Of a DNA stretch of 64,000 bases, positions 39,350 to 52,167 are shown piece after piece (the stretch's first letter is position 1; every line of letters starts with the position of its first letter). The notes beneath the pieces were generated by a model. It was not told the DNA's origin. It searched no databases and saw only the letters and a list, made by a program, of their open reading frames with translations. Position numbers and translations under genes: made by a program. This DNA is from Octopus bimaculoides (taxonomy: Eukaryota): positions 82,997,105-83,061,104 of the forward strand of contig NC_068983.1 of NCBI RefSeq assembly GCF_001194135.2, given 5' to 3'.

Positions 39350-39620
39350 TCACACACATTCATATCCATACTTGCACTCATACATATATATGCATATTCA
39401 GATACATAGATATATACATATACATATATATACATATATACACACAAACACATACATATGCATAACGACTTATATATAGCATCAGATATAAATACAAATA
39501 TGTACTCATGTATACAAATACATAATATATATACAAATATATGATCATTCATATATACATACATATGCACACATATAAATGGATACATACGAGTACAAAT
39601 ATATACACACTAAATATATA
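39010..39620. repeat. Compound (TA)/(CA)/(TACA) microsatellite
   Basis: Direct reading. Confidence 0.95.
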
Positions 39621-39639
39621 CACACTAAACAAATATTTA

Positions 39640-41430
39640 GAATAGTGCGACACGAAAAACACTTTCACGTCTTTCATTAAGCAATTTCTTCTTAGATGTT
39701 AATATTTGATATAATTAATTCATCTACACAAGGTTGCATCTAGCATCATTAAATTTGTACGATCTAGCATTACTAAGTATTTTCCAGTTTATGTCGTATA
39801 ATTTTTTACTATCCTGCAATTTCCAAATTAGTTTACTCCGACTAGTACAGGTAGCCTATCTCTATTCCTAAAGGTATGCTCATGGGCTGCAATCCGTTTT
39901 TTAAAATAAATTTCCGTTGACCCTTTGTAAAAATGATTTCTCCGTTCCGAATCAACCCTACATCTATATACAATATTGTTCTGTAAACAAAAATTAATAA
40001 GATAGCATTTATCCTTATATCTACAACCACAATTTCAGTATTACTCTTTCTGTTATTGTAAAATTATTATTGTAAAATTTGTCTAATCTTTTATAATAAA
40101 AGGAAGAGATAATTCTAAACAATTTTTTTTAGATACTGGAAAACCTATTCTAATCCTTTTATTATTAATTACTTTATTATATTTATGCTCTTTATTAAAG
40201 TGCTTAGATATAGATCTGTAAAAAAAAAGCTTTACCAAATTCGTTTTTATTTGTCATGTGTAAGCAATGATAAACCAAATATAATTATCTTTATTATAAT
40301 TAACATCATTGGGTGTATCTGGGTTGGCATATGGCCTATACTTATCATCCTTAGACTTAAGTCTGTTTCTATATCTATTTTAGTACAGGATATATTTACT
40401 TCACTTGTTCCTATTAATATTATTAATATTGCTAATCATATTATTACTACTTAGGAATACATTGGATACATTTCTCCTATTAGATCCACATACTTCGTTG
40501 TCAACCAAAGTTCCATTATTATAATAAGATTTATTGCAGTTTCTATTCTTATTACAATATACTATTTAATTCCAGTATCCTGTCTTTTTAAGGGTATCAT
40601 TATAATATTCGGCATTATTATTAAAGATTTCCTCATTAGAGGATAAATAAGAAACACGTCTCGAAATATTAATAACCAAAGTTCTTGTAATCGCTTTAGG
40701 ACGGTTACCATGAAAGTTGATATATTTTAAATCATTGTTGGGTTTATGATACGGACTGTATAGGCCAGTAACAAAATTCAGATTAACATCCAGGTAATTA
40801 ACTGAATTAACTGATTAGAAAAACCAAATTAACTGATTAGAAAAACCAATTAATGGCCTCCAGGGTATTGAACCAGAGATCTAGCTTTAATATTTCCTTA
40901 AGTTTAGATATATAGTTGTCTAGAATAATTTTACTTAATCTACCCAGGTCAGAACTGCGTGGGCAAACTAATCTAACTTTAGGGTGGGAAAAGAAGTTAT
41001 CTTTATGATCTTTCAAAACGATTCTGGGCCTCCTAGGCACAAGAGGTTCAGTTCTGTCATCAAGTTCAAAATCAGACGTATTTTTTCTAGCTTCTAAGTT
41101 AATAGATCTTAATACATTCTTACTTACTACTTTATAGTTACTAGTAATTTCATTTTCCATTAATTCATGATATTTATAAATATCCATATGATATAAATTA
41201 CCAGTTTTGTCCGAAGGCACAATAATTCCTTTACTGCTCTTATTTTTTAGTTCACATTTTCAAAAGGTGTTCATCCCCTCCAAAGGGATATTTAACAAAC
41301 TTGGTATTCTTGACGATGTTCCATATATCCTTCTCAAAGGCCTCCAAGTGGCGGTTAGGAGGTGGAAATTTTCTGGATTTGAAGATCTTATAAATTTCAA
41401 AATCGTCCTTCTTTAACAATATCCCTTTCA
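39640..41430 (-). mobile_element. Penelope-like retroelement, internally deleted (RT N-part, thumb, GIY-YIG)
   Basis: FKSRKFPPP..LEAFEKD; PSDKTGNLY...LKDHKDNF..PKVRLVCP..DLGRLSKIIL..W.NT..INWF; YLDVNLN...YSPYHKPNN..YIN; NIVYRCRV...FYKGSTE.YFKKRIAAHEHTF; IWKL..INWKILSNARSY..CNL; LLNERRE. Confidence 0.9.
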
Positions 41431-41467
41431 GGGCGAAAAGCTTTTCTTAGTTTGTTACTTTATATAT

Positions 41468-41689
41468 ATGCTATTGTTTTATTCATTTACTTGTTTCAGT
41501 AATTTGACTACGGCCAATCGGGAGCACCGCTTTTAGTCGAACAAATCGACCCTAGGTCTTATTCTTTTTAAGCCGAGTACTTATTCTATCTGTCACTTTC
41601 GCCGAACTAAGTTACGGGGACGTAAACACACCAATTTCGGTTGTCAAATGATAGTGGGAGACAAACACAGACACAGAAATATATATATA
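41468..41689 (-). mobile_element. SINE type B 3' half, interrupted by Helitron
   Basis: Homologous to 12501-12720; stops in the internal TA tract at the Helitron CTAG. Confidence 0.88.
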
Positions 41690-43325
41690 CTAGCAGTAAT
41701 ACCCGTCGTTGATCGGGTAAGTATTTTGACAGTTTCTCGTGAACCACATTCAAAGAATTACGTATTTTCATAAGAGAAAAATATGTAATAATTTAAGTAG
41801 GAAAAAGGTCAATTTCATACATGAAATATTTGTGTATTTTATAAGAGAAAAACGTAATAACTGAAGTAGAAAAAGATCGATTTCATTCTTGACTGTAATG
41901 ATAGTAATGGCAAATTAAGTTATTGAAGTATTTATGTTGCATTAAGAGGGAATATTTCTTTATAAACAATGTTTTTTGTTTTATTTTGGGGTGCATAAGC
42001 AAAAAGATTTTCTTTTCCTCCCACACGTGAGGCTCCTACATAAAGTTTCGAATCTGAACCGGGGTGAGACTACCACTACAGATTTAGATTTACTCCTCCT
42101 CTATGTGTATATTTTATAAGAGAAAAACATATAATAATTGAAGTAGAAAAAAGATGAAATTCATACACTAACTTCTGTTTGTTTATTATTTGACAATAAT
42201 AAATGAGTTCTATGTGTTATTTTATTTATTAATACAGTGATGGCAATTCATTTAAATAGGTAATTTAGTCATTCTTGAATGTAATGATAGTAATGGCAAA
42301 TTAATTTATTGAAGTATTCATGTTGCATGAAGAGTGAATATTTCTTAATAAACAATGTCTTTGTCTTATTTCGGAGTGCATAAGCAAAAAGATTTGCTTT
42401 TGGTCCCACACGTGATGCTTCCACATAAAGTTGGCCACGTGAAAAGCATGGTTCTTAAAAACATGTAATAATTGAATAAGGAGAATTGAAAGTTTCAGTT
42501 TCAACGTGAATGAAAGTAGAAAAATAGCTATATCATATAAACGAATAGCTTTACGGAATGTAGGTGATTGTGCGATGGCACTGAAAAGGTCACAGATCAA
42601 GTACAACACCCATTTGTCATGGTTTCTTTTGAGCAGGCCGTATGGCCAAGGAGAATAGGAAGATTCAGTTTCGAATCTGAACTAGGGTGAGACTACACCT
42701 ACAGATTTAGATTTATTCCTCCTGTATGTGTGCATTTTATAAGAGTAAACATGTAATAATTAAAATAGAAAAAAATTCGATGTCATACACGTTAAGTTAT
42801 TGAACTATTCATGTTGCATTGAGAGTGAATATTTCTTTATAAACAATGTCTTTTTGTTTTATTTTGGGATGTATATGCAAAAAGATATGCTTTTGATCCC
42901 ACACGTGATATTCCTACATAAACATGGCTATGTGAAAAGCATGGTTCTTCAAGTTGCAACGCAGCAACTTTTAGTGTTTGGCCCTGAGTTTTATTAATGC
43001 CCATGGCAAAAGAAAGTGGAACAGGAAACTGTAACTGCTTAAACTGGAACGAGACATTAGATGGTATAACTGGCATGTGAGGAATGAAGACGGTCTCACC
43101 GTTGCCACAACCAGTGAGGATATTTGCCTCAATGCAGTTCCTCATAAGTTTGTGCATAATTAGTGTTGTACCAATGCATAATTTTTGTCGAGACAAATTA
43201 TATAGCTCCCACACGTGATGCTCGTACATCAAGTTGGCAATGTGAAAAGCATGGTTCTTCAAGTTCCAATCCAACAGCTTTTAGTGTTTAGGTTTTATTA
43301 ATGCTCATGACAAAAGAAAGTGGGT
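41690..43325 (-). mobile_element. Helitron 3' portion with PIF1-type helicase C-terminus
   Basis: ORF 42837-43274 contains KLCIGT.L...NCIEANILTG..GETVFIP.MP.IP...FQFKQLQFPV.LSFAMGINKTQGQTL...CFSH..YVG.SRV. The minus-strand end is hairpin ACCCG-8nt-CGGGT, 7 nt, then CTAG followed by T. Confidence 0.93.
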
Positions 43326-43662
43326 TAGGTCACTGTGTTGAGACAAATTAGACAATAGCATAATAGCTTCCCCTGAACCACATACTTTCATTTTTCCGGA
43401 GAAAGAAAGAGACAGAATTTTGATTCTCAGAGGGAGTAGAGTATTTAAATACCACTTGCTACAATGAGAGCTATCGCTCCAATACCACGAATACTCACTA
43501 TTAAGATTTCGCCCTTTGTAATGAAAACAATGGTCTGAACTCGTCAGTTGGAAATAACATTTTTAACATCTATTTCTGAAATATTCATCACATTACTTCG
43601 TGTGCGTTCTTTACTTTAAACGTCCCCACGACATTCAAAACAAATCATGAGCCAGTATAAAT

Positions 43663-43860
43663 TTGTGTACACACACACACACATATATATATATATATGG
43701 TTACGACGGGCTTCTTCCAGCTTCCGTTCAACACTCACAAGGCTTTGGTCGGCCTGAAGTTATAGTAGACGATACATGCCCAAGGTGCTACATAGTGGGA
43801 TTGAACTCGGAACCATGTTGTTGGGAAGCAAGCTTCTTACCACACAACCACGCCTGTGCC
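43663..43860 (-). mobile_element. SINE type B 5' half, colinear with 41468-41689
   Basis: Reverse complement ggcacaggcgtggttgtgtggtaagaagcttg..gaagcccgtcgta, then TA/TG tract. Confidence 0.85.
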
Positions 43861-43880
43861 AATATATATATATATATATA

Positions 43881-43918
<38 letters not shown>

Positions 43919-43919
43919 C

Positions 43920-43958
<39 letters not shown>

Positions 43959-44370
43959 TACACACATACACAAACACACCACATACATGCATGTGTGCAC
44001 GTTTATGTTCACACCGCATATTTTGTCTTAAGTTTTAACTTTTAATTTACTACTGAAATTTCTTCTTTAAAATACATTTCCATTTATCAAAATAGAAGAA
44101 AAAAACTTTCTGCTAATGACTTGTTTTTACTTCTGTTTCTTTTGCTGCTTTTTTTATATATGTTTTTTTTTACTGATATTTTGTCTTTTGCCTCCTTCCT
44201 CTTCATATACTTTATTGTCGTTATTTTCTTTTTTCCTTTTATTTTGGTACCACTTGTTTTAAGTATTCCACCGCTGCCACCCCCACCACCCACTCAATTA
44301 TTCATATTCTACTTCTTATCGCAATCTTCTTCTTTGTCTTTCCAAACTCCATCAATTGTCATGATTTAAT

Positions 44371-44460
44371 CTTCTTCTTCTTCTTCTTCTTCTTCTTCTT
44401 CTTCTTCTTCTTCTTCTTCTTCTTCTTCTTCTTCTTCTTCTTCTTCTTCTCATTCCTCTT

Positions 44461-44502
<42 letters not shown>

Positions 44503-44640
44503 TTGGTGCTACTGCAGCTTCGTTTTCATCTTTTTCTACATTCTACTACTACTACTACTACGATGACGACGACGACGACGACTATTGCTGCTGCTGCTAC
44601 TGATACTGCTGTTTCTTCTATTAGTACTGCTACTTCTTTT

Positions 44641-44696
<56 letters not shown>

Positions 44697-44750
44697 GCTA
44701 CTACTACTTTACTTTTACTACTACTACTACTACTCCTACTACTACTACTT
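44371..44750. repeat. (CTT)n/(CTA)n/(CGA)n block
   Basis: Direct reading. Confidence 0.95.
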
Positions 44751-45567
44751 CCTTATCATCCACAACATCATATTCTTTTCTCTTCTCCTCCCCTTCCTCG
44801 TCCTTCTTTTTCTCCTTCACTTCCTTCTAGAACCTCATATTTTATCTCTTCCTCGTCGTCTTTTTTCCTCACCAGCCTTCTTTTTCTTTTCTTCTTTCTA
44901 TTCATTTTCTCTTCGCTTTTTCTTGTTTTCCTTATTTTCTTCCCACCTCCTTCTCAATTCTTCTTCTTCCATCTCCTCATCTCAATTCTCCACTTGTAAG
45001 TTCACATTGCAAAATAACAAGTGCCAACTTCAGGCCAGATATTCTAATCTGCCGAATGATTTTAAACTAAGTAAATAAAATAGACCGGAGGCTATTTCAG
45101 TCACAGCTAGTTTAATAACAGATGTCAGAATGGCTTCGAATAAAAGAAAAGAAAACACTAGAGAAAAATTTTAAATGAAAGAATGGAAAAAATTTCAAAA
45201 TTTTAAAGTGATTGGACCTGCTTTTTTTTTACCATTAGTGTTAAAGAATTATGTTTTTATTTGTTTGTTTGTTTTTTTATTTTGCTTTCAAATTAAGAAA
45301 ATATATTAATTTTAATTTTTGTTTACGCTTTAGATTATGCATATATACTCTTTCAGAGTAATGAACTGTTCTATGGATACAATGCTAACGATATAAAAGA
45401 CAGCCAAATTATTATACCTCGCACATCCATAGTACTTATATCAACACTGGTTTTGGTGGGATGATAGGATATTGAAGACTCGAATGCAGAGATATTTTCT
45501 TTTAGAGCAATTGGGGAAGAAAGAAACTAAATATAACAAGGCATTTAGTCTCACTAGTAACAACATC

Positions 45568-45795
45568 CTTTCGATAACGATCTCAAATTTTGGCACAAGG
45601 TCAGCAATTTCGGAGAGAAGGTAAGTCAGTTGCAGCGATCCCAGTCAGTATTCAACTGGTATTTATTTTATCCATCCCAAAAGGATGGAAGGAAAAGTCA
45701 ACCTCAGCGAAATTTGAACTCAGAACGTGAAGACGGACAAAATGCCGCTAAGTATTTCGCCCAGCATGCTAACCTTTCTGCCAGCTTGCCGCCTT
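45568..45795 (-). mobile_element. SINE type A
   Basis: Ends ctttctgccagcttgccgcc; full body homology. Confidence 0.88.
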
Positions 45796-45816
45796 CTTTT
45801 CAATCATAATAACAAA

Positions 45817-46002
45817 CCTTTCTACTAAAGGCACACAACCTGAAATTTTGAGAGCGGGGACTAGTCGATTACATCAAAGGTAATGAATTTATCGATCCCT
45901 AAATGATTCCTCGGTGGAATTTGAACTCAGAACGTAGAGACGGGTGAAATACTGCTAAGCATTTCGCCCAGCGTGCTAACGATTCTCCCAGTTCATCGCC
46001 TT
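45817..46002 (-). mobile_element. SINE type A1, internally deleted, tandem to the previous copy
   Basis: cctttctactaaaggcac...gaactcagaacg...gctaacgattct. Confidence 0.85.
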
Positions 46003-46029
46003 CCCGTCAATAATTATAATGATAATATT

Positions 46030-46420
46030 CCCATGTCGTAAATTTCACACCCATGGGAAATACTCAAACCGTCCTCTTGGTATAGGCCAACGTCATGAGA
46101 TGGGTATTTATATCTCAATGTGTTTAATATAAACAAACCCACAAGATCCCAGATGTCAGCATAGTAATATGTAAAATATTTGACCCCATAGATATATCAA
46201 ATAGTTCGTCATTATATATTTTTACCCATGCTAATACTTTACTGAACATTAGTGTTCTCCTTGCATGCGTGATAAATCTAGGTCAATAGGGTTAATATCA
46301 ACATATGATTTAGCAAATTCAATAACTTTATCAAGCAGCGATCTAGATATAGAGGGATAAAAGTTTATAATATTAAAGTGGGTAAAATTAGCCTTATTCT
46401 TGTTCGTAATCCTAACGTTC
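46030..46420 (-). mobile_element. Penelope-like RT core fragment
   Basis: ITNKNKANFTHFNIINFYPSISRSLLDKVIEFAK (cf. I.NK...F..FDI..FYPSI...LL..A..FA) and DIWDLVGLFILNTL...DVGLYQEDGL (decayed YRDDGL). Confidence 0.85.
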
Positions 46421-47259
46421 ATATAAGTTTGCAGTGTGCACAAAACTGCAGCAGAAACATGCGTAATTTCTGAAATGGGAAGACGTGATTGACTGCTGAA
46501 TAAAATTGGATATATAAATCTCTGTTCTCCTTATCATTAATTTATTATACACACACGCGCGCGCGCAAACACACACATATGAGTATGTGGTTGTAAATTT
46601 GTATGCATATGTACATATTTCACCATATGTTAAACAAAATCAACTATAAGAGTAAGGTATTGTTTTTCAGTGGCTTGTATTTATAGTGATAGATGTATTT
46701 TTAAACGAAGTAATCAAATTATTCTATATAAGTTAGGCAAACACATTGTAATTGAGAGTATATAAAATTCTATGTATGTCTGAATATAATTAATATGTGT
46801 TCAATTGTCTTAGGAAATATTATTTAAAACATTAATTCATTATTTAGGCAGAGAGTGTATGAGAATATTAAATAAACAAATATTTTACATATAACTATGA
46901 AAAATAGCTTTAGAATGAAGTTTTGCTTATGTAAGTGTATAGATAAAGGTAATTAATATAGGCACGAGTATGTATTTCTAAGTACAGTCAGAAGATAAAT
47001 TTAAATAAGTACATAATGTATGCATATTGTTTATGAGGCAGCTATATTTATATATAACTATGATGAATGGATACATTTAGGGATAATTTATGATCTATGC
47101 TGAGAGCTTACATTCAATAGAAATATGTTTGTAAAACTAAAGGCCGTTCGGACTAAATTTAACCGTTTGCAGAAAAGGTACAACACAATATGCCACTCCA
47201 AAATAAGTGTTTTTAATTAAAAAAAAAAAAAGACTATATTATGGATGAGAGATAACAGT

Positions 47260-47690
47260 TTTCTCAAAGTAGCCGTTCTTAGTTTCCACCATGACTTCAA
47301 GACAGCCTCTTCACTGTGTCCCTGAGAAGATTTTCGGACATTTCCGTAAACTCAAAATCCTCGAACATCTCCGTGATCTTGGCCACCTCTTGGCCTTGGT
47401 GTTGCTGGCAAAGCAGTGGGTGTCTATCTCAACCTTACTCATAATGATCCATGGGATTATAGACGGGGGAATTAGGCCAGGAATTGGTGATGGTGAAGAC
47501 GGAGAAATTCTCCGATAACCACTTCTGACTCTTTCCTGGGGTATGACAAGCAGCCGAATCCGGCTACCACACGCATGGCCTTCCAGCAGCAATCCTCTCG
47601 AGCGAGGCTTTAACCACAGTCACCAGGAACTTCACATGGTCGTCTGAATTGAGACTAAGGCCCTATTCAAAGAAGGGTTGAATATTGGGT
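47260..47690 (-). mobile_element. Tc1/mariner transposase remnant, maT (DD37D)-like
   Basis: GLSLNSDDHV..LVTVVK...AAGRPCVW*PDSAACHTPGKSQKWLSENF...WPNSPVYNPMDHY and ..LEVMVETKNGYFE. The third catalytic residue is D. Confidence 0.85.
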
Positions 47691-48129
47691 ATGCATGGTG
47701 GGTAATGTAAATCATTATGGTGTCGATATTTGCTCCGTCTCTTTTACTTTTTGCTTCATTTGTTACAATTTCCTTTCTCTTCGACAACAAGCTGCGGAGA
47801 CATTTGACTGTCAAAGCATGCGATTGGATCTGGAACTTTCCAGATGCTAATTTTTTGTCAATCTTAAATGACAGAAACCTATGTAAGATATAACTATAAA
47901 TCGGATGGTGACAATAGCTTGATTTCCATCCAACTGGCACGCTGAGAGGGATCTTATCAACTGAATCGAATCCAATTTTCAAATTGTGCCAATTCTATTG
48001 ACGGTAGAGAAATTAAGTACGAATGCTAAAAGTCTTATACTCAACTATTTCGACATCCTCCGCCTCCCGCTCAATATAATTGTTTCTGATGTAAGCACAA
48101 GAATTGAAATTTGGCGTAGGGGGTTCTTT

Positions 48130-48296
48130 GATACCATCGACTGCAGGACTCCACTCGGAATTTAATTTGTAGGTGCCAGAGGGATGAAAAGCGAAAATAG
48201 CCTCGGCAGGATTCGAACTCAAAATATAAAGAACCAAAAGGAAGCACCGCAAAGTAGTTTTACCCAATTTTCAAACAATTCTGCCGATTCACCACC
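48130..48296 (-). mobile_element. SINE type A, old copy
   Basis: ggatgaaaagcgaaaatagcctcggcaggattcgaactc..caattctgccgattcaccacc. Confidence 0.6.
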
Positions 48297-50115
48297 ACAC
48301 ACCCCTCTAAAGCAGTGATAAATAACAACTGTAAACGGAACGTAAACCAGAAGAACTTGTGTAATGAAAAATTAACGAGCCAAACATCATGCTTAGTAGC
48401 TGCAAGGAATCTCTTGAGATTTAAATCATATTTTTGAGAATCTTACAATTAGAAATATGAACATTTCAAAACTGTTAATTTCTTTGAAAATATCTCCACT
48501 TCAAATGGTTCACTTGTGTTACCTTATGATATTTAATTCTTACCACAGTGTTTTGCGAGATTAAATTCTATCCAGTAGAATTTCATCGTCCGTAGTCAAA
48601 TAGGTATTGCCGGTAGAGACCACCGCAGATATTTTCTTAATCAAGTCAACAATCTGATTTTCAAAAGAAAACATTAATTTATTAATTATTTATCTAACAA
48701 AGTATAATAATCCCGCAAATTTATATCAGATGGACAGAAGTATTTTTCTTTTTGGCAATGTTTAAGCTTTTCTCAGGAGTATTAAGAGTATAACTGAAGT
48801 AAACTGGCTTTGAGAGAGACCACTTCCTCTATTTATGATTGCCTGTATTCAATTAATTCACTGGTTTCTTACACTGTGAATCACAAGTATACTGAACCAC
48901 ATGGGAACAGAAATGAGCATGTTAAACATGCATGCTCTTCTGGAAATCATTATCAACATAAATGAATTCTAATACCTCAGGCGAAGAATTAAATTTATTA
49001 AATTATCAGTTAGTTATTTAGTCAGGTATTTATTAATTGTTAATGAAAAATTAGTTGGATATTAAATTATTAATTAATTACTGATTAATTATTGAATTTA
49101 TTAACTACTATATAATTAATTAATAAAATATTTTGTCCCACTACCATTATTACTACTTCTTCCATCCAGCATATCAAGTCACAGAGAGATTAGTCGTTAT
49201 TGTTTTTGTTCAATTTGTTTCAATGTTTGTTTAATTACTTACTTGAGTGTCTGCTTTAGTATTTATTAATGACTGCTAAGCAAAAGTAATTTTACTTTTC
49301 TAGTTAATTATTCAGATGCAAGTATGGAGGGTTCTGAGTTATACCAACACCGAACTCAATTTGCACAGAAAACGAATTCCAACGCAAATACGAGATATGT
49401 GACAAATGAAATCAGTTGCGCGCGCGCGCACTCGCACACACACACACACACACACACGCACACTCACACACACACACACACACACGCACACTCGCACATA
49501 CACACAGACACGCACATATACATACATGCACGCGCACACGTGCACACGCACACACACACGCGCACACACACGCAGAAGCACACTCAGATAAACAAAGAAA
49601 CAGAAATACTATAGAAACACATTCTCATACGTAGGTACATAAAAATATAATTAGTTTCAGTACAATAATGTTTACAAACGAAAATGCCTTCAGACAATGA
49701 CTACAAAATTTCGTTTGCAAAAATTCCATTTTGTTTTTGTTCTTCAACATTTTAGTAAATATCAGCGCAAATATTTCTTCTGTATAGAACAGAATGAGTT
49801 GAGTTGAACATTGAAAATAGTCGTTCTTGTTATTAATAGCTTCACTATATATGGCTAAATTTGTAGTGCGTTTGTTAGTAAGTCACTTTGCATTTCAATA
49901 TTAAATTCATCTGGCATATAATGGAATTGACTTTCATTTTATTGGGCTCGACCAGGCAAAGGAGAGCCAAATATTGGTTTTATTTTACTCATCTGTGTCT
50001 TCTTTCAAACTGTGTGGGCCAGCGCTTAAGTAGGGAATCGATATTCTTAACTCGTTCAGACAAAAAGCCTACTGACAGACTAAACATAATGAAATAATCA
50101 ATAGTTGATGGCTAA

Positions 50116-50279
50116 GCCCAGATATGGCTATGTGGTAAAGAAACTTTCTTGCAATTAAGTGATTTGGGGCTCCGTCCCACAGCACAGCACCTTGGGTATG
50201 CGCTTCTACTATAGTTCGGGACTAACCAATGTCACATGAGCGAAATTAGTTGAGAGAAATTATATGGAAACCCGCTGTA

Positions 50280-50280
<1 letters not shown>
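50116..50280 (+). mobile_element. SINE type B 5' half, old copy
   Basis: tggctatgtggtaaagaa..gcaccttgggtatgcgcttctactatag. Confidence 0.7.
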
Positions 50281-50314
<34 letters not shown>

Positions 50315-51294
50315 ATATATATATATATATATNNNNNNNNNNNNNNNNNNNNNNNNNNNNNNNNNNNNNNNNNNNNNNNNNNNNNNNNNNNNNNNNNNNN
50401 NNNNNNNNNNNNNNNNNNNNNNNNNNNNNNNNNNNNNNNNNNNNNNNNNNNNNNNNNNNNNNNNNNNNNNNNNNNNNNNNNNNNNNNNNNNNNNNNNNNN
50501 NNNNNNNNNNNNNNNNNNNNNNNNNNNNNNNNNNNNNNNNNNNNNNNNNNNNNNNNNNNNNNNNNNNNNNNNNNNNNNNNNNNNNNNNNNNNNNNNNNNN
50601 NNNNNNNNNNNNNNNNNNNNNNNNNNNNNNNNNNNNNNNNNNNNNNNNNNNNNNNNNNNNNNNNNNNNNNNNNNNNNNNNNNNNNNNNNNNNNNNNNNNN
50701 NNNNNNNNNNNNNNNNNNNNNNNNNNNNNNNNNNNNNNNNNNNNNNNNNNNNNNNNNNNNNNNNNNNNNNNNNNNNNNNNNNNNNNNNNNNNNNNNNNNN
50801 NNNNNNNNNNNNNNNNNNNNNNNNNNNNNNNNNNNNNNNNNNNNNNNNNNNNNNNNNNNNNNNNNNNNNNNNNNNNNNNNNNNNNNNNNNNNNNNNNNNN
50901 NNNNNNNNNNNNNNNNNNNNNNNNNNNNNNNNNNNNNNNNNNNNNNNNNNAGTAGCTATATTTTTGAATAGAACTTATTTTCGATAATTTCAATTGATTT
51001 TAATTGATTTTAATCGATTTAAATTTCTTTTCTATTTGAAAATTGGTTATGAAACACGTGTAATCTTTTTATATTTATCTTATGATATTTACTTTACTTT
51101 ATATTATACTTATTTTTTGTGCTTTTAATTATTAATTTTTCTATATGTGATAGTGGATTTTCATCGATGAGTTCTTGAAAATTGGTTATTTTCCCTAAAA
51201 CTATATATATATATATATATACACACATACATACATACATACATACATACATACATACATAATTACTTACATATGTATGCGTGTATTTGTAATT

Positions 51295-51470
51295 TTTCTC
51301 TACTGGTACTGATTTGTCTATGTCACTTTGCGGTTTGGCAAAAAGGATCGATGAAGAAAGTACCAGACTTAACAAAATCAGTATTGGCATTGCCTTGTCC
51401 AACGAAACACTTCAAAACAGTACCCCGCTATGGCTGCAGTCCAACGACTGATAGAAGTAACAGATAAAAG
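51295..51470 (+). mobile_element. SINE type B 3' half, old copy
   Basis: gcggtttggcaaaaggatcgat..aagtaccagactt..atggctgcagtccaacgactga. Confidence 0.65.
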
Positions 51471-51952
51471 GTGTACAATATTTCGAATACGAAATTATAT
51501 TAAAAATTTGGACGTTATTAACAATCACACTCTTCCTAAACTACCATGCAGTAAAGGAATGCTAAAATATATCATCGCAAAACATTTCTCCGTATTTCCT
51601 ATAAAACTTTTCATTTTTAGGAACGCATTCATCCCTGTCATGGAATGAAAATTAGTGCAATGAAGCCTAACTTATAACACACTTATATAGCATTTTTAAT
51701 TATTCCACATAGCCATTGATATAATTATTTCATGCTTTCATTTATTTAGTAATCATTTCCAAATTTGGAACCAATAACTTTTAATTTGCTAACAAAAACA
51801 AATACGCGGTATGTTAAAATTAACTTACCTTCAGCTCTCAACTCTCGTTGCAGTCGTAGTGGCAACGTCGGAGATAGAACATGTGTGGGCGTCTGATCCC
51901 TCACCAGGTCTGACCACAGCCGATTTCTTCCACAGGGAGAAAAAGAGAGGGA

Positions 51953-51999
<47 letters not shown>

Positions 52000-52009
52000 A
52001 GAGAGATTT

Positions 52010-52167
52010 GAATTGACTCCTGTTTTGGACTGGTAGATTATTTGTCGAACCCGAAAGAATGAAGAGCGAAGTTTACCTCTATAGGATTTGAACTTATAAC
52101 GGAGAAAAACGGAGCAAATAACTCAACGCTTTCTGTTCAACACTTGAATGATTCGACAAATTCAACT
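52010..52167 (-). mobile_element. SINE type A, old copy
   Basis: cccgaaagaatgaagagcgaagtttacctc..gatttgaact. Confidence 0.55.
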
